Shown here piece by piece: positions 25,523-38,992 of a DNA stretch of 64,000 nt (its first letter is position 1; the number at the start of each line of letters is the position of its first letter). The stretch lies in NCBI RefSeq assembly GCF_006345805.1, contig NC_043014.1, forward strand, positions 14,756,001-14,820,000, read 5' to 3'. This DNA comes from Octopus sinensis (lineage: Eukaryota). The notes below the pieces were generated by a model, which did not search any database, had not been told where the DNA came from, and saw nothing but the letters and a program-made list of their open reading frames with translations. The translations under genes were made by a program, and so were the position numbers.

Positions 25523-26295
25523 TCATCATCATCATCATCATTGTTCGACCGTGGTCGAGACAATGGAATTTACCATGCTACGCCAGACTTCACGGTCCAT
25601 CATAGCATTACGGAGGTCCTGTTGCTGGATGCCTTATCCCTGGGATACATCAGGGTAGGAGAGTGTGCACCCTCTGGTATTGCGAGTAGATGGCTTCCAG
25701 AGGAGAAGAGTAGAAATTGTCTCGTTTTCAGCTCTACAACAATGTCCAGCAAACTGGACTCTCCTACCTTTCACAAGAGATGATACAGGTGGTAGTTTCC
25801 CATATATTTGCATTTTGGTTGGATGACGCTTCCACGAGAGATTTTGAGCTCTCATAAGGAGGTGAGTGTAGGTTCCATCCAACCACCGCTTAAGCTTCTT
25901 TGATAGCGTCCAGGTTTCTGAGCCATATAGTAGAATTGGTTCGACTGTGGCTTTGAAGATTTCAAGTTTAAAGTCTCTACTAAGATTTGATGACCAGATC
26001 TTATGCATATCATTACAGGCTGACCAGGCCATAACCTTTCTAGTTAGAAAATCTTTTTCAGATGATGAAGTTCCATCCAACCGCCTCTTAAGCTTCTTTG
26101 ATAACGTCCAGGTTTCTGAGCCATATAGTAGAATTGGTTCGACTGTGGCTTTGAAGATTTCAAGTTTGAAGTCTCTACTTAGATTTGATGACCAGATCTT
26201 ATGCATGTCATTACAGGCTGACCAGGTCATACCCTTTCTAGTTAGAAAATCTTTTCCAGATGATGATATGTTTGACCCAAGATATTTAGGAAACG
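25523..26295 (-). mobile_element. RTE-clade LINE 3' fragment with an internal 198-bp tandem duplication
   Basis: ORF 25634-26230 has ATVEPILLYGSETWTL...RRVQFAGHCCR, typical of the RTE ORF C-terminus. (CAT)n tail at ~25523. Confidence 0.85.
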
Positions 26296-27390
26296 ATAAG
26301 GTGGTGAGCTGGCAGAATTATTACTGTGTTACTGCTTAGTACCATTCGTCTGTCTTTATGTTCTGAGTTTGAATTTTGCTGAGGTCGACTTTGCTTTTCA
26401 TCCTTTTGGGGTCAATTAAAAAAGGAGCAGTTCAGAACTGCGGGTCAATGTAACTGAATTAGCCCCTTCCCCAAAATTGTTGGCCTTGTGCCAAAATTTG
26501 AAACCAGAAACAAAGCAATAGTCAGAGGTTTCAAATTATAATATTTAGCTCAGTCAGGGTGGTGAGCTATCAGAATTGTGACCACGACAGGCAAAATGCT
26601 TAGCAGTATTTCATCCATCTTTATGTTCAAAGTTTGAATTCCACCGAGGTCATTTTTGCCTTTCATCCTTTCAGGGTCAATAAATTAAGTACCAGTTGAG
26701 GTTGATGTAATCAGCATACCCATCTCCCAAAATTCCTGGCCTTTTACAGATATATGAAACAAATATTTAGCTCAGTAAGTTGGTGAGCTGTTAAAATCGT
26801 TACCATGCCAAGCAGTAGGTTGTCCGTCTTTACGTTCTGAGTTCAAATTATGACAAGGTTGACCTTGCTTTTCATCTTTTTGGGGTCAATAAAATAAGTA
26901 CCATTTGATCACTGCAGTCGATGTAATTGATCTACTCACTTCCCCAAAATTTACACTTTTACTTGTTTCAATCATTTGACTGCAGCCATGCTGGAGCACC
27001 GCCTTCAGTCGAGCAAATCGACCCCAGAACTTATTCTTTGTAAGCTTAGTGCTTATTCTATCAGTTTCTTCTGCTGAACCACTAAGTTACGGGGACATAA
27101 ACACACCAACATTGGTTGTCAAGCAATGTTGGGGGAGACAGAGACACACAAAGACACACACACACACATATATACATATACATATATACGACGGGCTTCT
27201 TTCAGTTTCCGTCTACTAAATCCACTCACAAGGCTTTGGTCGGCTCGAGGCTATAGTAGACGACACTTGCTCAAGGTGCCACACAGTGGGACTGAACCCG
27301 GAACCATGTGGTTGGTAAGCAAGCTACTTACCATACATCCACTACTGCGCCTGTTGCCAAAATTGTAAACCAATATATAGGAAACAAATT

Positions 27391-27436
<46 letters not shown>

Positions 27437-30400
27437 AACATATATATATATTTTATATTATTATTATTATTATTATATATATATATATAATACAATTGTT
27501 CGTTGTTTTCCACCTGCCTTCGTCTTTTGTTTATTTTCATAAAGCTTCCCGTTATATATATATATATATACATACATACACAAACATTTTTATTATTATT
27601 ATATATATGGGATATCAGTTATCCAATATACTGCTGGTTATGTACCCAAATACTAAATGTGAAATTGTAATATCCGTAAGTCGATGATCGAAATGAATTG
27701 GTTTCTCCATTTTCTTATTTGTATTATATATATATATATGACAAGAAATAATTTTTGCCTCTTTTTATGGAGACAAAAAGGTTTATAAGACTGCAAAAAA
27801 AAGAAGTGCTCGATTGAGACTGAGATAAAAAAAAAAAACATTGGTTAGAGAACAAACATTAAGTTCGAGTCAACAACTTTATATAACACCACGCTTTCAT
27901 ACATTTGATCATATATAAATATTACCATGGCCTTTAACATATAAAAAGAATACATATATAAGAAAACACAAATGCATATGCAAATAAAAATACAAATATG
28001 TATTTGTCTTCAAATATTCTCTGTATGCTATTACTGACCTGACCTTTAAGTACCTGATCCGCTGAAAGCATATTGCTCAGTGGTAGAGCATCAGGCTACA
28101 ATCATGAGATAGTGAGTTCATTTCCTAGACTGGGCTGTGTGTTGTGTATTTGAGCAAGACACTACACTTCACATTGCTGTAGTTCACTCATCTGTAGAGA
28201 TGAGTTGTGACATCAGTGATGCCAAGCTGTATCGGCCTTTGCCTTTCCCTTGGGTAACGTCAATGGCTTGGAGAGAGGAGGCTGGTATGCATGGACCACT
28301 GCTGATCGTCCATAAACAAACTTGCTCAAAGGGTAACTTTCTAAGTGCAATCCCATGGTCATTCATGACTAAAGAAAGTCTTACCCTTCACATTTTAACT
28401 GATTTGCTTGGATCCTGTAAATTTTTTGTATATGCACACACACACACACACAAATATATATATATGTGTGGAGGTGCAATGGCCCAGTGGTTAGGGCAGC
28501 AGACTCACGGTTGTAGGATCGTGGTTTTGATTCCCAGACCAGGCGCTGTGAGTGTTTATTGAGCGTAAACACCTAAAACTCCACGAGGCTCCGGCTTGGG
28601 CAATCCCTGCTGTACTCTTTCGCCACAACTTTCTTTCACTCTTTCTTCTGTTGGCCTGCTCGCTTAGCCAGTGGGGTGACATCATTTGAAGGCTAAAACA
28701 ATGCAAAGCGCATTGTGACCAGCAATGTGTGACAACATCTGATAGCCTGGTCGGTCACAGTGACATAAATATATATATATATATATTATATATATATATA
28801 ATATATATATACAGTTTCTGACAATCAAATTCACTCCCAAGGCACTGGTTGACTTGGCCAACATTACATGCAGTGAGACTGAACTTGAAACCACATGCAA
28901 GCCCTGCTTAGAATGTTATTCCTGTGCAAAGAAAAAGCCACAGAGAGCAAATGATTTCTCTCAAATGGCTAGCACTATTCTGGGTAGAGTAAGTTCTACT
29001 ACGTCGTTCTATGGTACAGAACTGTCCTTTGAAAGCACGGGAAGTACCCTCTGTCTTAAAAAATTCCCCTGGGTACTATATGCGAAGCCCAACTTCGCAT
29101 ATTCTTTTATTCTTTCACTTTTCAATCATTAGTAGTTCAGCAAAAGAGACCAATAGAATAAGTACTAGGCTTACAAAGAATAAGTCCTGGGGTCGATTTG
29201 CTTGACTAAAGGCGGTGCTCCAGCATGGCCACAGTCAAATGAGTGAGACAAGTAAAAGAGTAAAAGACTATAAAATATGGGAGGTTCAAATCAAAAGTCT
29301 CTCTGCACCAATACTCAACACTTATCTATGCTCCATTTCACCCTAGTTAAATCTTAATTGGGCCCCATAATGCAAATGAATGAACTATGCAAACATGTTG
29401 CCCTAAATATGACTTGGCTCTCTATTGGTTGTAACAATAAGAAGTGTCCCAGTTCATACAATCAACTAGACAGGCTGCTCATGAAATTAATGTGCAACTG
29501 TTTGAGTACTCTGCAGACACATGTACTCTTAATGTAGATCTCAGGGAGGTTCAGCATAAGATAAAATGAAACAAGTCTCGCCCTTTGAATTAGCATGGCT
29601 TAGTGGTTAAGGTGTTGAACTCATGATGGTATGGTTGTGGTTTCGATTCCTGGACTGGGCGATGCGTTATGTTCTTGAGCAAAGCACTTCATTTCACCTT
29701 GCTCCAGTCCACTCAGCTGGCAAAAGTGAGTAATGCTGTGATGGACTGGTGTCCCATCCTGCTGGGGAACACATAAGCCACTGAAACCGGGAAACCGGCC
29801 CTTATGAGCCTGGCATGGCTCGAGAAGGAAAGAACTCTGAATTAGAGGTACACTGCATTTCTGCAAGATGAGTGGACTGGAGCAGCAAGAAATAAAATAA
29901 AGTGTCTCGCTTAAGGACACAGTGTCCCTCCAGGAATCAAACTCATGACTTTCAGAGTGTAAGCCAAATATCTTTTTTTCTTTTGTGCCATAAAAAACAC
30001 CATCCGATCGTGACCGTTTGCCAGACTCGTCTGGCACATGTAGTGCTGCCCCGACTGGCCTCATGCCGGTGGCACATAAAAAGTACCATCCGTTCGTGGC
30101 CGTTGCCAGCCTTGCCTGGCCCTTGTGCCGGTGGCACATAAAAAGTACCATCCGATCGTGACTGTTTGTCAGACTCGTCTGGCACCTGTGCCGGTGGCAC
30201 GTAAAAAGCACCGTCTGATCATGGCCGTTGCCAGCCTCGCCTGGCCCTGGTGCCGGTGGCACGTAAAAAGCACCCACTACACTCATGGAGTGGTTGGCGT
30301 TAGGAAGGGCATCCAGCCGTAGAAACATTGCCAGATCAGACTGGGCCTGGTGCAGCCTTCGGGCTTCCCAGACCCCAGTTGAACCATCCAACCCATGCTA

Positions 30401-30850
30401 GCATGGAAAGCGGACGCTAAACGATGATGAGATGATGATGATGATTAAGCCATGTACCTTGAATGCCCTAAATATCATTACATTGCTATAAATTGATAAA
30501 CAGGAATACAGGAAAAAGAAAAATGAGGGTGAGCTGAGGGCAGAAAACAATGGTTCCAGTTCAGAAGCGACTAGAAGCATCTTTGCATTCATTCAACAGA
30601 ATTCAAAGCTAACTTTGGAAATCAGTTTAATAGGAATATAACAGATTCCGCCAGACTAAGTTCACCATATGAATGCTGCTGCCAATTCTGAATGAAAATA
30701 ACAACAATAGAACTGTTATCAAATCAATTTTATGATAATAGCAGAAAGTGTAGTTTAAGATAATAGCTGAAAGATTACTATCTTATGCAAACAAGATAAT
30801 TGGTCTTTCCTCTACAGAATCTCAGCTGGTAAAAAGCTGGTGTGTGTGTA

Positions 30851-30884
<34 letters not shown>

Positions 30885-31267
30885 CTCTCTCTCTTTGGGA
30901 GAGGCACAAGCACTTACACGCACTTATACACACACGGCAGTAACTTCCACCTACCGAATTCAATCACAAAGCTCCGGTCGGCTCGGGACTATAGTGGAAG
31001 ACACCTACCCAAAGTGCCACGCAGTGGGACTGAACCCAAAACCATATAGCTAGGAAGCAAGCTCCCTAATATATACATATATATATATATATACACATAC
31101 ATATATGCATACATATATATATATGTATATATATATATGTAATATATATATATACATACATATATATATACACATACATATATGCATACATATATATATA
31201 TACACATACATATATGCATACATATATATATATATACACATACATATATACATACATATATGCATAC

Positions 31268-31298
<31 letters not shown>

Positions 31299-31735
31299 AT
31301 AATAAATATTAGGGAATAAATCCAAATTTACAGGGCAAAAAAATCAGATTTAGATAAAATCAATTTTATAGTAAAATATTATAAAAATATATTAGAGACA
31401 AAACCACTATTTGCAAAGAAGTTCACTGAAGATTGTTGATCAAGACAAGAAACGATTGTAGTGGCGGTTTTTTTGACTATTTATTAAAATTTTATGTATT
31501 GATTAAGTCTTTCCTTGTTTGTTTTGCAAAATAGTGGTTTTGTCTCTAATAATTTTTATATATGTATATATATATATATATGTATATATATATGTATATA
31601 TATATATATGTATATATATATGTATATATATATATGTATATATATATATGTATATATATATTATATATGTATATATATATATATAATATATATTTATATA
31701 TCTATTATATATATGTATATTATATATATATATAT

Positions 31736-31769
<34 letters not shown>

Positions 31770-31806
31770 TGTATATAATATATATATTATATATATATAT
31801 ATATTG

Positions 31807-31861
<55 letters not shown>

Positions 31862-31938
31862 TTATATATAATATATATATACTAATATATATATACATAT
31901 ATATACATATACATATATATAAATATACATATATATAC

Positions 31939-31969
<31 letters not shown>

Positions 31970-31996
31970 CATATATAATATATATATATATATATA

Positions 31997-32043
<47 letters not shown>

Positions 32044-32304
32044 CATATATATATTATACATATATATATATACATATATATATATATCTATATATATATA
32101 TAATGTGAAATAGAAAATGAATAATCTTGTAGTGATTAATCAAAAGTTTAACGATACCTTGGTAGCAAAAATCACAGCAGTAAACAGCACGGGTTGAGGT
32201 ACAACCATATGGTGTTGCAACCGTGCGTTGGTGCGGATAATTGAAATTAAAATATTATTGTGAATGAGAAATGGAGCTGAACGCAGATTGAACAGGAATC
32301 GTTT

Positions 32305-32403
32305 TATTTCATTCTCACACTACACGTGTTTCGAAAGGCACAATTTACCAAAATCCGATTGAATAATGGGACCATATTGTGTCTTTCTCTTCAGGAAGAA
32401 ATA
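32305..32403 (-). ncRNA. Inverted copy of the same hammerhead, with 6 extra nt (GTGTGA) after the cleavage site
   Basis: Reverse complement reads TATTTCTTC-CTGAAGA-GAAAGACACAAT...ATTGTGCCTTTC-GAAAC-ACGT-GTA-gtgtga-GAATGAAATA. Confidence 0.7.
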
Positions 32404-33042
32404 GGAAATCATTGGAAAAAACAAAACAGAACAGAGGCGGAGCAAAACAAATCGAACTAGGCTCCTAAGAGCCCATGGCGAAACTGTTTATCAGTGTATG
32501 TTGAGAACCGGTGGCTGAAGAATTTAACGGGTCAGGCATCGGTCAATCATGTGGGTGAGGGTGTGTAGATGTTCTTTGTGACCGAGAATAAAGTTCTGAC
32601 TATTTAAGGAATATTGGATGTTTTATAAGGGGCGAGAAAATATCTACTTAGAGACGTGTGTGTGTATACTGTTCTATATATGTGTGTGCTGGCGTAGGGG
32701 TAGAAAACATTTTTTGTGTACGTGTGTGCGTTTGATCGTTCGGCTGTCAGTGGCTACTGCAGTGAGAACCGTTGGGTGGCAGAAAAAGAAAATATATATT
32801 ATGTTTTATGTGTGTGTGTGTTCCATCCAATATTCCTTAAATAGTCAGAACTTTATTCTCGGTCACAAAGAACATCTACACACCCTCACCCACATGATTG
32901 ACCGATGCCTGACCCGTTAAATTCTTCAGCCACCGGTTCTCAACATACACTGATAAACAGTTTCGCCATGGGCTCTTAGGAGCCTAGTTCGATTTGTTTT
33001 GCTCCGCCTCTGTTCTGTTTTTGTTTTTTCCAATGGATTTCC

Positions 33043-33135
33043 TATTTCTTCCTGAAGAGAAAGACACAATATGGTCCCATTATTCAATCGGATTTTGGTA
33101 AATTGTGCCTTTCGAAACACGTGTAGAATGAAATA
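33043..33135 (+). ncRNA. Type I hammerhead ribozyme motif in a Penelope-like terminal repeat
   Basis: Stem I TATTTCTTC/GAA(T)GAAATA; core CTGAAGA at 33052-33058; stem II GAAAGACACAAT/ATTGTGCCTTTC; GAAA at 33114-33117; stem III AC-ACGT-GT; predicted cleavage after GTA (33125). Confidence 0.85.
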
Positions 33136-33816
33136 AAACGATTTCTGTTCAATCTGCGTTCAGCTCCATTTCTTCAATTCACCAATTATATATATATATA
33201 GATATATATATATACATACATATATATATATGTACATACATACATATATATATATGTATGTGTATATATGTATATATATATATTTATATATTATATACAT
33301 CATCATCATCATCGTTTAGCATCCGTTTTCCATGCTAGCATGGGTTGGACTATGTATGTATGTGTGTATGTATGTATGTATGTATGTGCATGAGTGTGTG
33401 TGTGTGTATAAATACACACAATACATGCAAAATGTACACATATATCTTTTATCATCAACTTCATAACTCCTCATAAGAATTTAACAGAGGAAAAGCAATA
33501 TTGATCCAGTGATATGTTGTTGATTTATAAGACAAAAATGTCAATTTAATAACAAGACAGAAAAAAAAATGACACATAAAAAACAAAAACAAATGGAAAT
33601 TAGAAGCCGCGACCATGAAAATGAATAAATTACACAATGTGATATGATTGTGAAGCCAATGAGAAAATCCAACAGTACTGGAATCAAATAGAGACTTATA
33701 ATATTAAAGAGATGGAACGGTGTTAGAGTTAGTTAACTTCACTTGGGGTAATTAGAAATTATGGGTTATGCTAGATAAAAAAAATAATAATGAAAAATGC
33801 AATAATAGGACTTTAC

Positions 33817-33890
33817 CGTTGTGAGAGCATCTCCTTGCTGATTGCAGGCCTCTTAATCAGTTCTTTGTAATGGTGGAATTCCCATAGAAG
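33817..33890 (-). CDS. DYNC2H1: Dynein-2 heavy chain exon (74 nt, phase 0/2): LLWEFHHYKELIKRPAISKEMLSQ(R)
   Basis: Not in the ORF track; found by reading the minus strand. Acceptor cttcttaatgcag, donor CG/gtaaag. Matches the KYKELVKRPTISKELMLER segment, and its phase fits the next exon (CG+A = Arg). Confidence 0.92.
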
Positions 33891-34005
33891 CTGCATTAAG
33901 AAGTAAATAATTTCATTGATTAATATCCATATGTAATATATAATATATATATATATAATATATATATATATGTATATATATAATATATATGTATATATAT
34001 ATATA

Positions 34006-35510
34006 TCATCATCATCATCATCATCATTTAGCGTCCGTTTTCCATGCTAGCATGGGTTGGACGGTTCAAATGGGGTCTGGGGAGCCCGAAGGGCTGCACC
34101 AGGCCAGTCAGATCTGGCAGTGTTTCTACAGCTGGATGCCCTTCCTAACGCCAACCACTCCGAGAGTGTAGTGGGTGATTTTATGTGCCACCGACAAGGG
34201 TGCCAGACGAGGCTGGCGAACGGCCACGCTCGGATGGTGTTTTTATGTGCCACCGACACAGGTGCCAGACGGCTGGCAGACGGCCACGCTCGGATGGTGT
34301 TTTATGTGCCACCGACACAGGTGCCAGATGAGGCTGGCAGGTGCCAGACGAGGCTGGCAGACGGCCACGCTCGGATGGTGTTTTTATGTGCCACCGACAC
34401 AGGTGCCAGATGAGGCTGGCGGACGGCCACGATCGGATGGTGTTTGTTACGTCCCCAAGCACGGAGGCCAGTCTATGCGGTACTGGCTACGGCCACGTTC
34501 GGATGATTTCTTCTGTGTGCCACCGGCACTGGTACACAAAGATACAAATTCCATTTATGCTATCTATTTTGATTGTTTTGATTTGATTTGATTTTCACTT
34601 GCCTCAACAGGTCTTCACAAGTGTCACTTGCCTCAACAGGTCTTCACAAGTGTCACAAGAAGGAAGGTATGCACAGGTGGACTGTCTACGTCCGGGTCTT
34701 CGGATGGTGTCTTTTATGTGCCACCGACACAGTGCCAGATGTGGCTGGCGAACGGCCACGATCGGATGGTTTTCTTGTTGCCACCGGTACTGGAACCACA
34801 AAGATACAAATTCCATTGATGTTCATCTATTTGATTTGGTTTGATTTTCACTTGCCTCAACAGGTCTTCACAAGTGTCACGCGTGTCCTTGTGTGCCACC
34901 GGTACTGAACCACAAAGATACAAATTCCATTGATGTTCATCTATTTGATTTGGTTGATTTTCACTTGCCTCAACAGTCTTCACAAGTGTCACGCGTGTCA
35001 ACACACTTGCCTCAACAGGTCTCCACAAGTGTCACACACTTGCCTCTGCCTCAACAGGTCTTCACAAAGTGTGTCACACACTGCCTCTGCCTCAACAGGT
35101 CTTCACAAGTGTCATAAGAGGAAGGTATGCACAGGTGGACTGACTACGTCGCCGGGTCTTTGGATGGTGTTTTTATGTGCCACCGACACAGGTGCCAGGT
35201 GAGGCTGGCGAACGGCCACGATCAGATGGTGTTTGTTGTGTGCCACCAGCACGGAGGCCAGTCGATGCGGTACCAGCTACGGCCACTTCGGATGGTTTTC
35301 TTGTGTGCCACCGGTACTGGAACCACAAAGATACAAATTCCATTGATATTCATCTATTTTGATTGGTTTGATTTTTGATTTTTGATTTTCACTTGCCTCA
35401 ACAGGTCTTCACAAGTGTCACACACTTGCCTCAACAGGTCTTCACAAGTGTCATAAGAGGGAGGTATGCACAGGTGGACTGACTACGTCGCCGGGTCTTC
35501 GGATGGTGTC
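34006..35510 (-). repeat. Third copy of the composite array (reverse orientation), in (TA)n
   Basis: Same (CAT)n end and the same subunits, with irregular internal duplications and deletions. Confidence 0.9.
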
Positions 35511-35513
35511 ATG

Positions 35514-35549
<36 letters not shown>

Positions 35550-35669
35550 TGTATATATATTATATGTATATATATATATGTATATATATATATAGGTATG
35601 TATATATATATAGGTATGTATATATATATATAGGTATGTATATATATATAGGTATGTATATATATTATG

Positions 35670-35700
<31 letters not shown>

Positions 35701-35846
35701 GTATGTATATATATATATATGTATAATATATATATGTATATATGTATATATATATAATATGTATATATATATATATGTATATATATATGTATATATATAT
35801 GTATATATATAGTAATATATATGTATATATATATGTATATGTAATA

Positions 35847-35889
<43 letters not shown>

Positions 35890-36071
35890 GTATATATATA
35901 TGTATTATGTATATATATATGTATATATATATATATATATATATGTATTATATTAGTTATATATATGTATATGTATATATATATGTATATATAAGTTATA
36001 TATATATGTATATATATGTATATGTATATATATATGTAATATATATGATATATATATGTATATATATATAG

Positions 36072-36109
<38 letters not shown>

Positions 36110-36191
36110 TATTATGTATATATATATATATGTATATATTATGTATATATGTATATGTATATAATATATTATATGTAAATATGTATATATG

Positions 36192-36225
<34 letters not shown>

Positions 36226-36732
36226 TGTATAATATATATGTATGTATATATATATATATTATATATATTATATGTATGTATATATATATATGATTATATA
36301 TATATATGTATATATATATATGTATATTATATATAATGTATAGATATATGTATATATATATATATGTATATAATATGATATATATATATGTATTATATAT
36401 GTATTATATATCTATATATATATTATATATGTATTATATATTATATATATATATATATATATAGGTATGTATATATATATATATATGTATATAATATATA
36501 TATGTATAGTATATATATGTATATATATATTATGTAATATATATATAGATATATATATGTATATATATATATTAGGTATGTATATATATATAGGTATGTA
36601 TATATATATAGGTAGGTATTATATATATATATGTATATCTAATAGGTATGTATATATATATATATGTATATATATAATATATATATATAGGTATGTATAT
36701 ATATATATAGGTATGTATATATATATATATGT

Positions 36733-36763
<31 letters not shown>

Positions 36764-36769
36764 TGTATG

Positions 36770-36867
<98 letters not shown>

Positions 36868-36937
36868 GTATATATATATATATGTATATATATATGTATA
36901 TAATATATATGTATATATATATATATGTATATATATG

Positions 36938-36978
<41 letters not shown>

Positions 36979-37060
36979 GATATAATATATATATATATGT
37001 ATATATGTATATATATCTATATATATATATATATAATATATATATTATTATATACATACA
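35511..37060. repeat. Compound (TA)n/(TATG)n microsatellite, ~1.5 kb
   Basis: Direct inspection. Similar arrays at ~24630-25000, 31070-31310 and 31560-32103. Confidence 0.95.
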
Positions 37061-37376
37061 CACACATATAGCAAATAAGAAAATGGAGGAGAACAAGAGG
37101 TGGTTCATCAACTTTTGGACATTAAAATGTTAACTTATTTATTTATTTATTAAGCTGATAATTATAATAACATACATACATGTAGCATATTAGTAATATA
37201 TAAGGATACCAGTAATTATTATAAGAAAACATGAATATAAATACACACACACACACACATATATATATATTTGTTGCTATTGGGCAAAAGTGTCACAAGT
37301 CCAAAGCGTTTTTTTTTTCAGAAAACATAAAAACGCATACCTTAGGAATGAGAACACAGGTTTGAAATTTCCCCAA

Positions 37377-37413
37377 GACACCTGATGAAGTCTGGAGGAT
37401 ATATCAGCCGAAA
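37377..37413 (+). ncRNA. Truncated copy of the 22.2-kb hammerhead family (3' half deleted)
   Basis: GACAC-CTGATGA-AGTCTG-loop-CAGCC-GAAA is joined directly to TGAGGACAAATATC. Flanks align with 22177-22306. Confidence 0.5.
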
Positions 37414-37798
37414 TGAGGACAAATATCCGTAAATGTAAATAATGTAAAAAATTAATGTAAAAACAGTTTCACCATTCCATTTCTTTTCATGTTAGTAACA
37501 GTTTCAGCTTAACATTAATACTTTGTCGGATGCATAAAATCGTAACTCCATGCATTTATATTTTCAGTCAGAAATATTTTTGCAAAACTGTCGTATGTGG
37601 GACTTACTACGCTTTTGAAAAATGCTAAACAGTTGTTCTACACTTTGACAATTTTCATATCTTGGCATCTGAAGCAGCTGGAGATACGATAGTTTGACCA
37701 AAAGAACAAGCTGTTGCAAGCAGAATTAGATACTAAAAGAAATGCATTCGGCGAAATTCGGACATCGACATTTTAACATAATAGCAATGATATGTATG

Positions 37799-37845
<47 letters not shown>

Positions 37846-38050
37846 AAATAAGGGGTAAAATTAATTAATTCATTAATAATTAATAATTTTACCAAGTAGT
37901 TCAGCATGTTAAAAGAAACATTATCAGTAAACTTAAACAAAAATTTTTATAATTATGAGTATAATTATAATTTCGGTATGTGGTGAAGCAAATGTTTTGC
38001 TGAACCCTAATTATAATTATACTCATAATTATAAAAATTTTATATATATG

Positions 38051-38092
<42 letters not shown>

Positions 38093-38771
38093 TACACACA
38101 CATGTATATATACACAAATATGGGGCAATAAATGTAAATATATTTTAAAGATCATCAACATAATCAACACTATCACCACTTCTACCATCATCACCAACAT
38201 CATCATCTGCACCAAGCGACCTGCACAAGCATTCAACTTTAACCTGGTTTGTGGCTGCAGCTTCCATGCTCACCACGGTACCCTCTTACTCACCCTCCTC
38301 TGCCTTCTATCATCATCATCATCTTAGTCATCTTAGTCATTAACATCATCAATGATAGTAATAATAATCCTTTATACTAAAGGCACAAGGCCTGAAATTT
38401 AGGGAGAGGTGACTAGTCAATCACATAGAGTTCAGTGTTTCACTGGTACTTAATTTATTGACGGCGAAAGGATGAAAGGCAAAAATGGACCCCAGCAGAA
38501 TTTGAACCCAGAACATAAGGACAGACAAAATGCTACTAAGCACTTTGCCTGGTGTGCTAATGGTTCTGCCAGTTTGCCATCTTAATAATAATAATATAAT
38601 AATAATAATAATAATAATGTCTACTTACCTGTGCTTGCAAGTGTCAAATGAGGTTCAGTGAGGTTGATTTTTCTGCAGTCTGACACCTGTTTCTAAACCA
38701 AGTAATATTTTCCCAGAGTCTGTCAGGTTATATCAACTCCTATCAATTGCTGCACCTTGATAGATGCTTAA

Positions 38772-38992
38772 CCCTTTCGTAACCATATTTATTTTGAAAT
38801 GCTCTGTGTTTCTTTCAATTGATTTTAAATATAACAAAGAATTTAGTAAAATAACTCAGTTATCATTATGCTAGTGTTAGGACCATAAATTGTGATTAAG
38901 GTGTGCTGGAAGATTTTAATTCAGAACTTATGAAAACAAGACGTTTGTACTACAGAGCAGAAGTGGTTTCAGCCGGGTTGGTATCGAAAGGG
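38772..38992. mobile_element. 221-bp piggyBac-type MITE
   Basis: Same internal sequence; flanks TTAA and CTAA. Confidence 0.85.

Larger units (their letters stand above)
32260..33182. mobile_element. Long inverted repeat (~360-bp arms, 203-nt spacer), Penelope-like inverted terminal structure, between (TA)n arrays
   Basis: 32260-32620 is the reverse complement of 32824-33182, apart from a few small indels/mismatches. Each arm carries a hammerhead motif. Confidence 0.8.
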
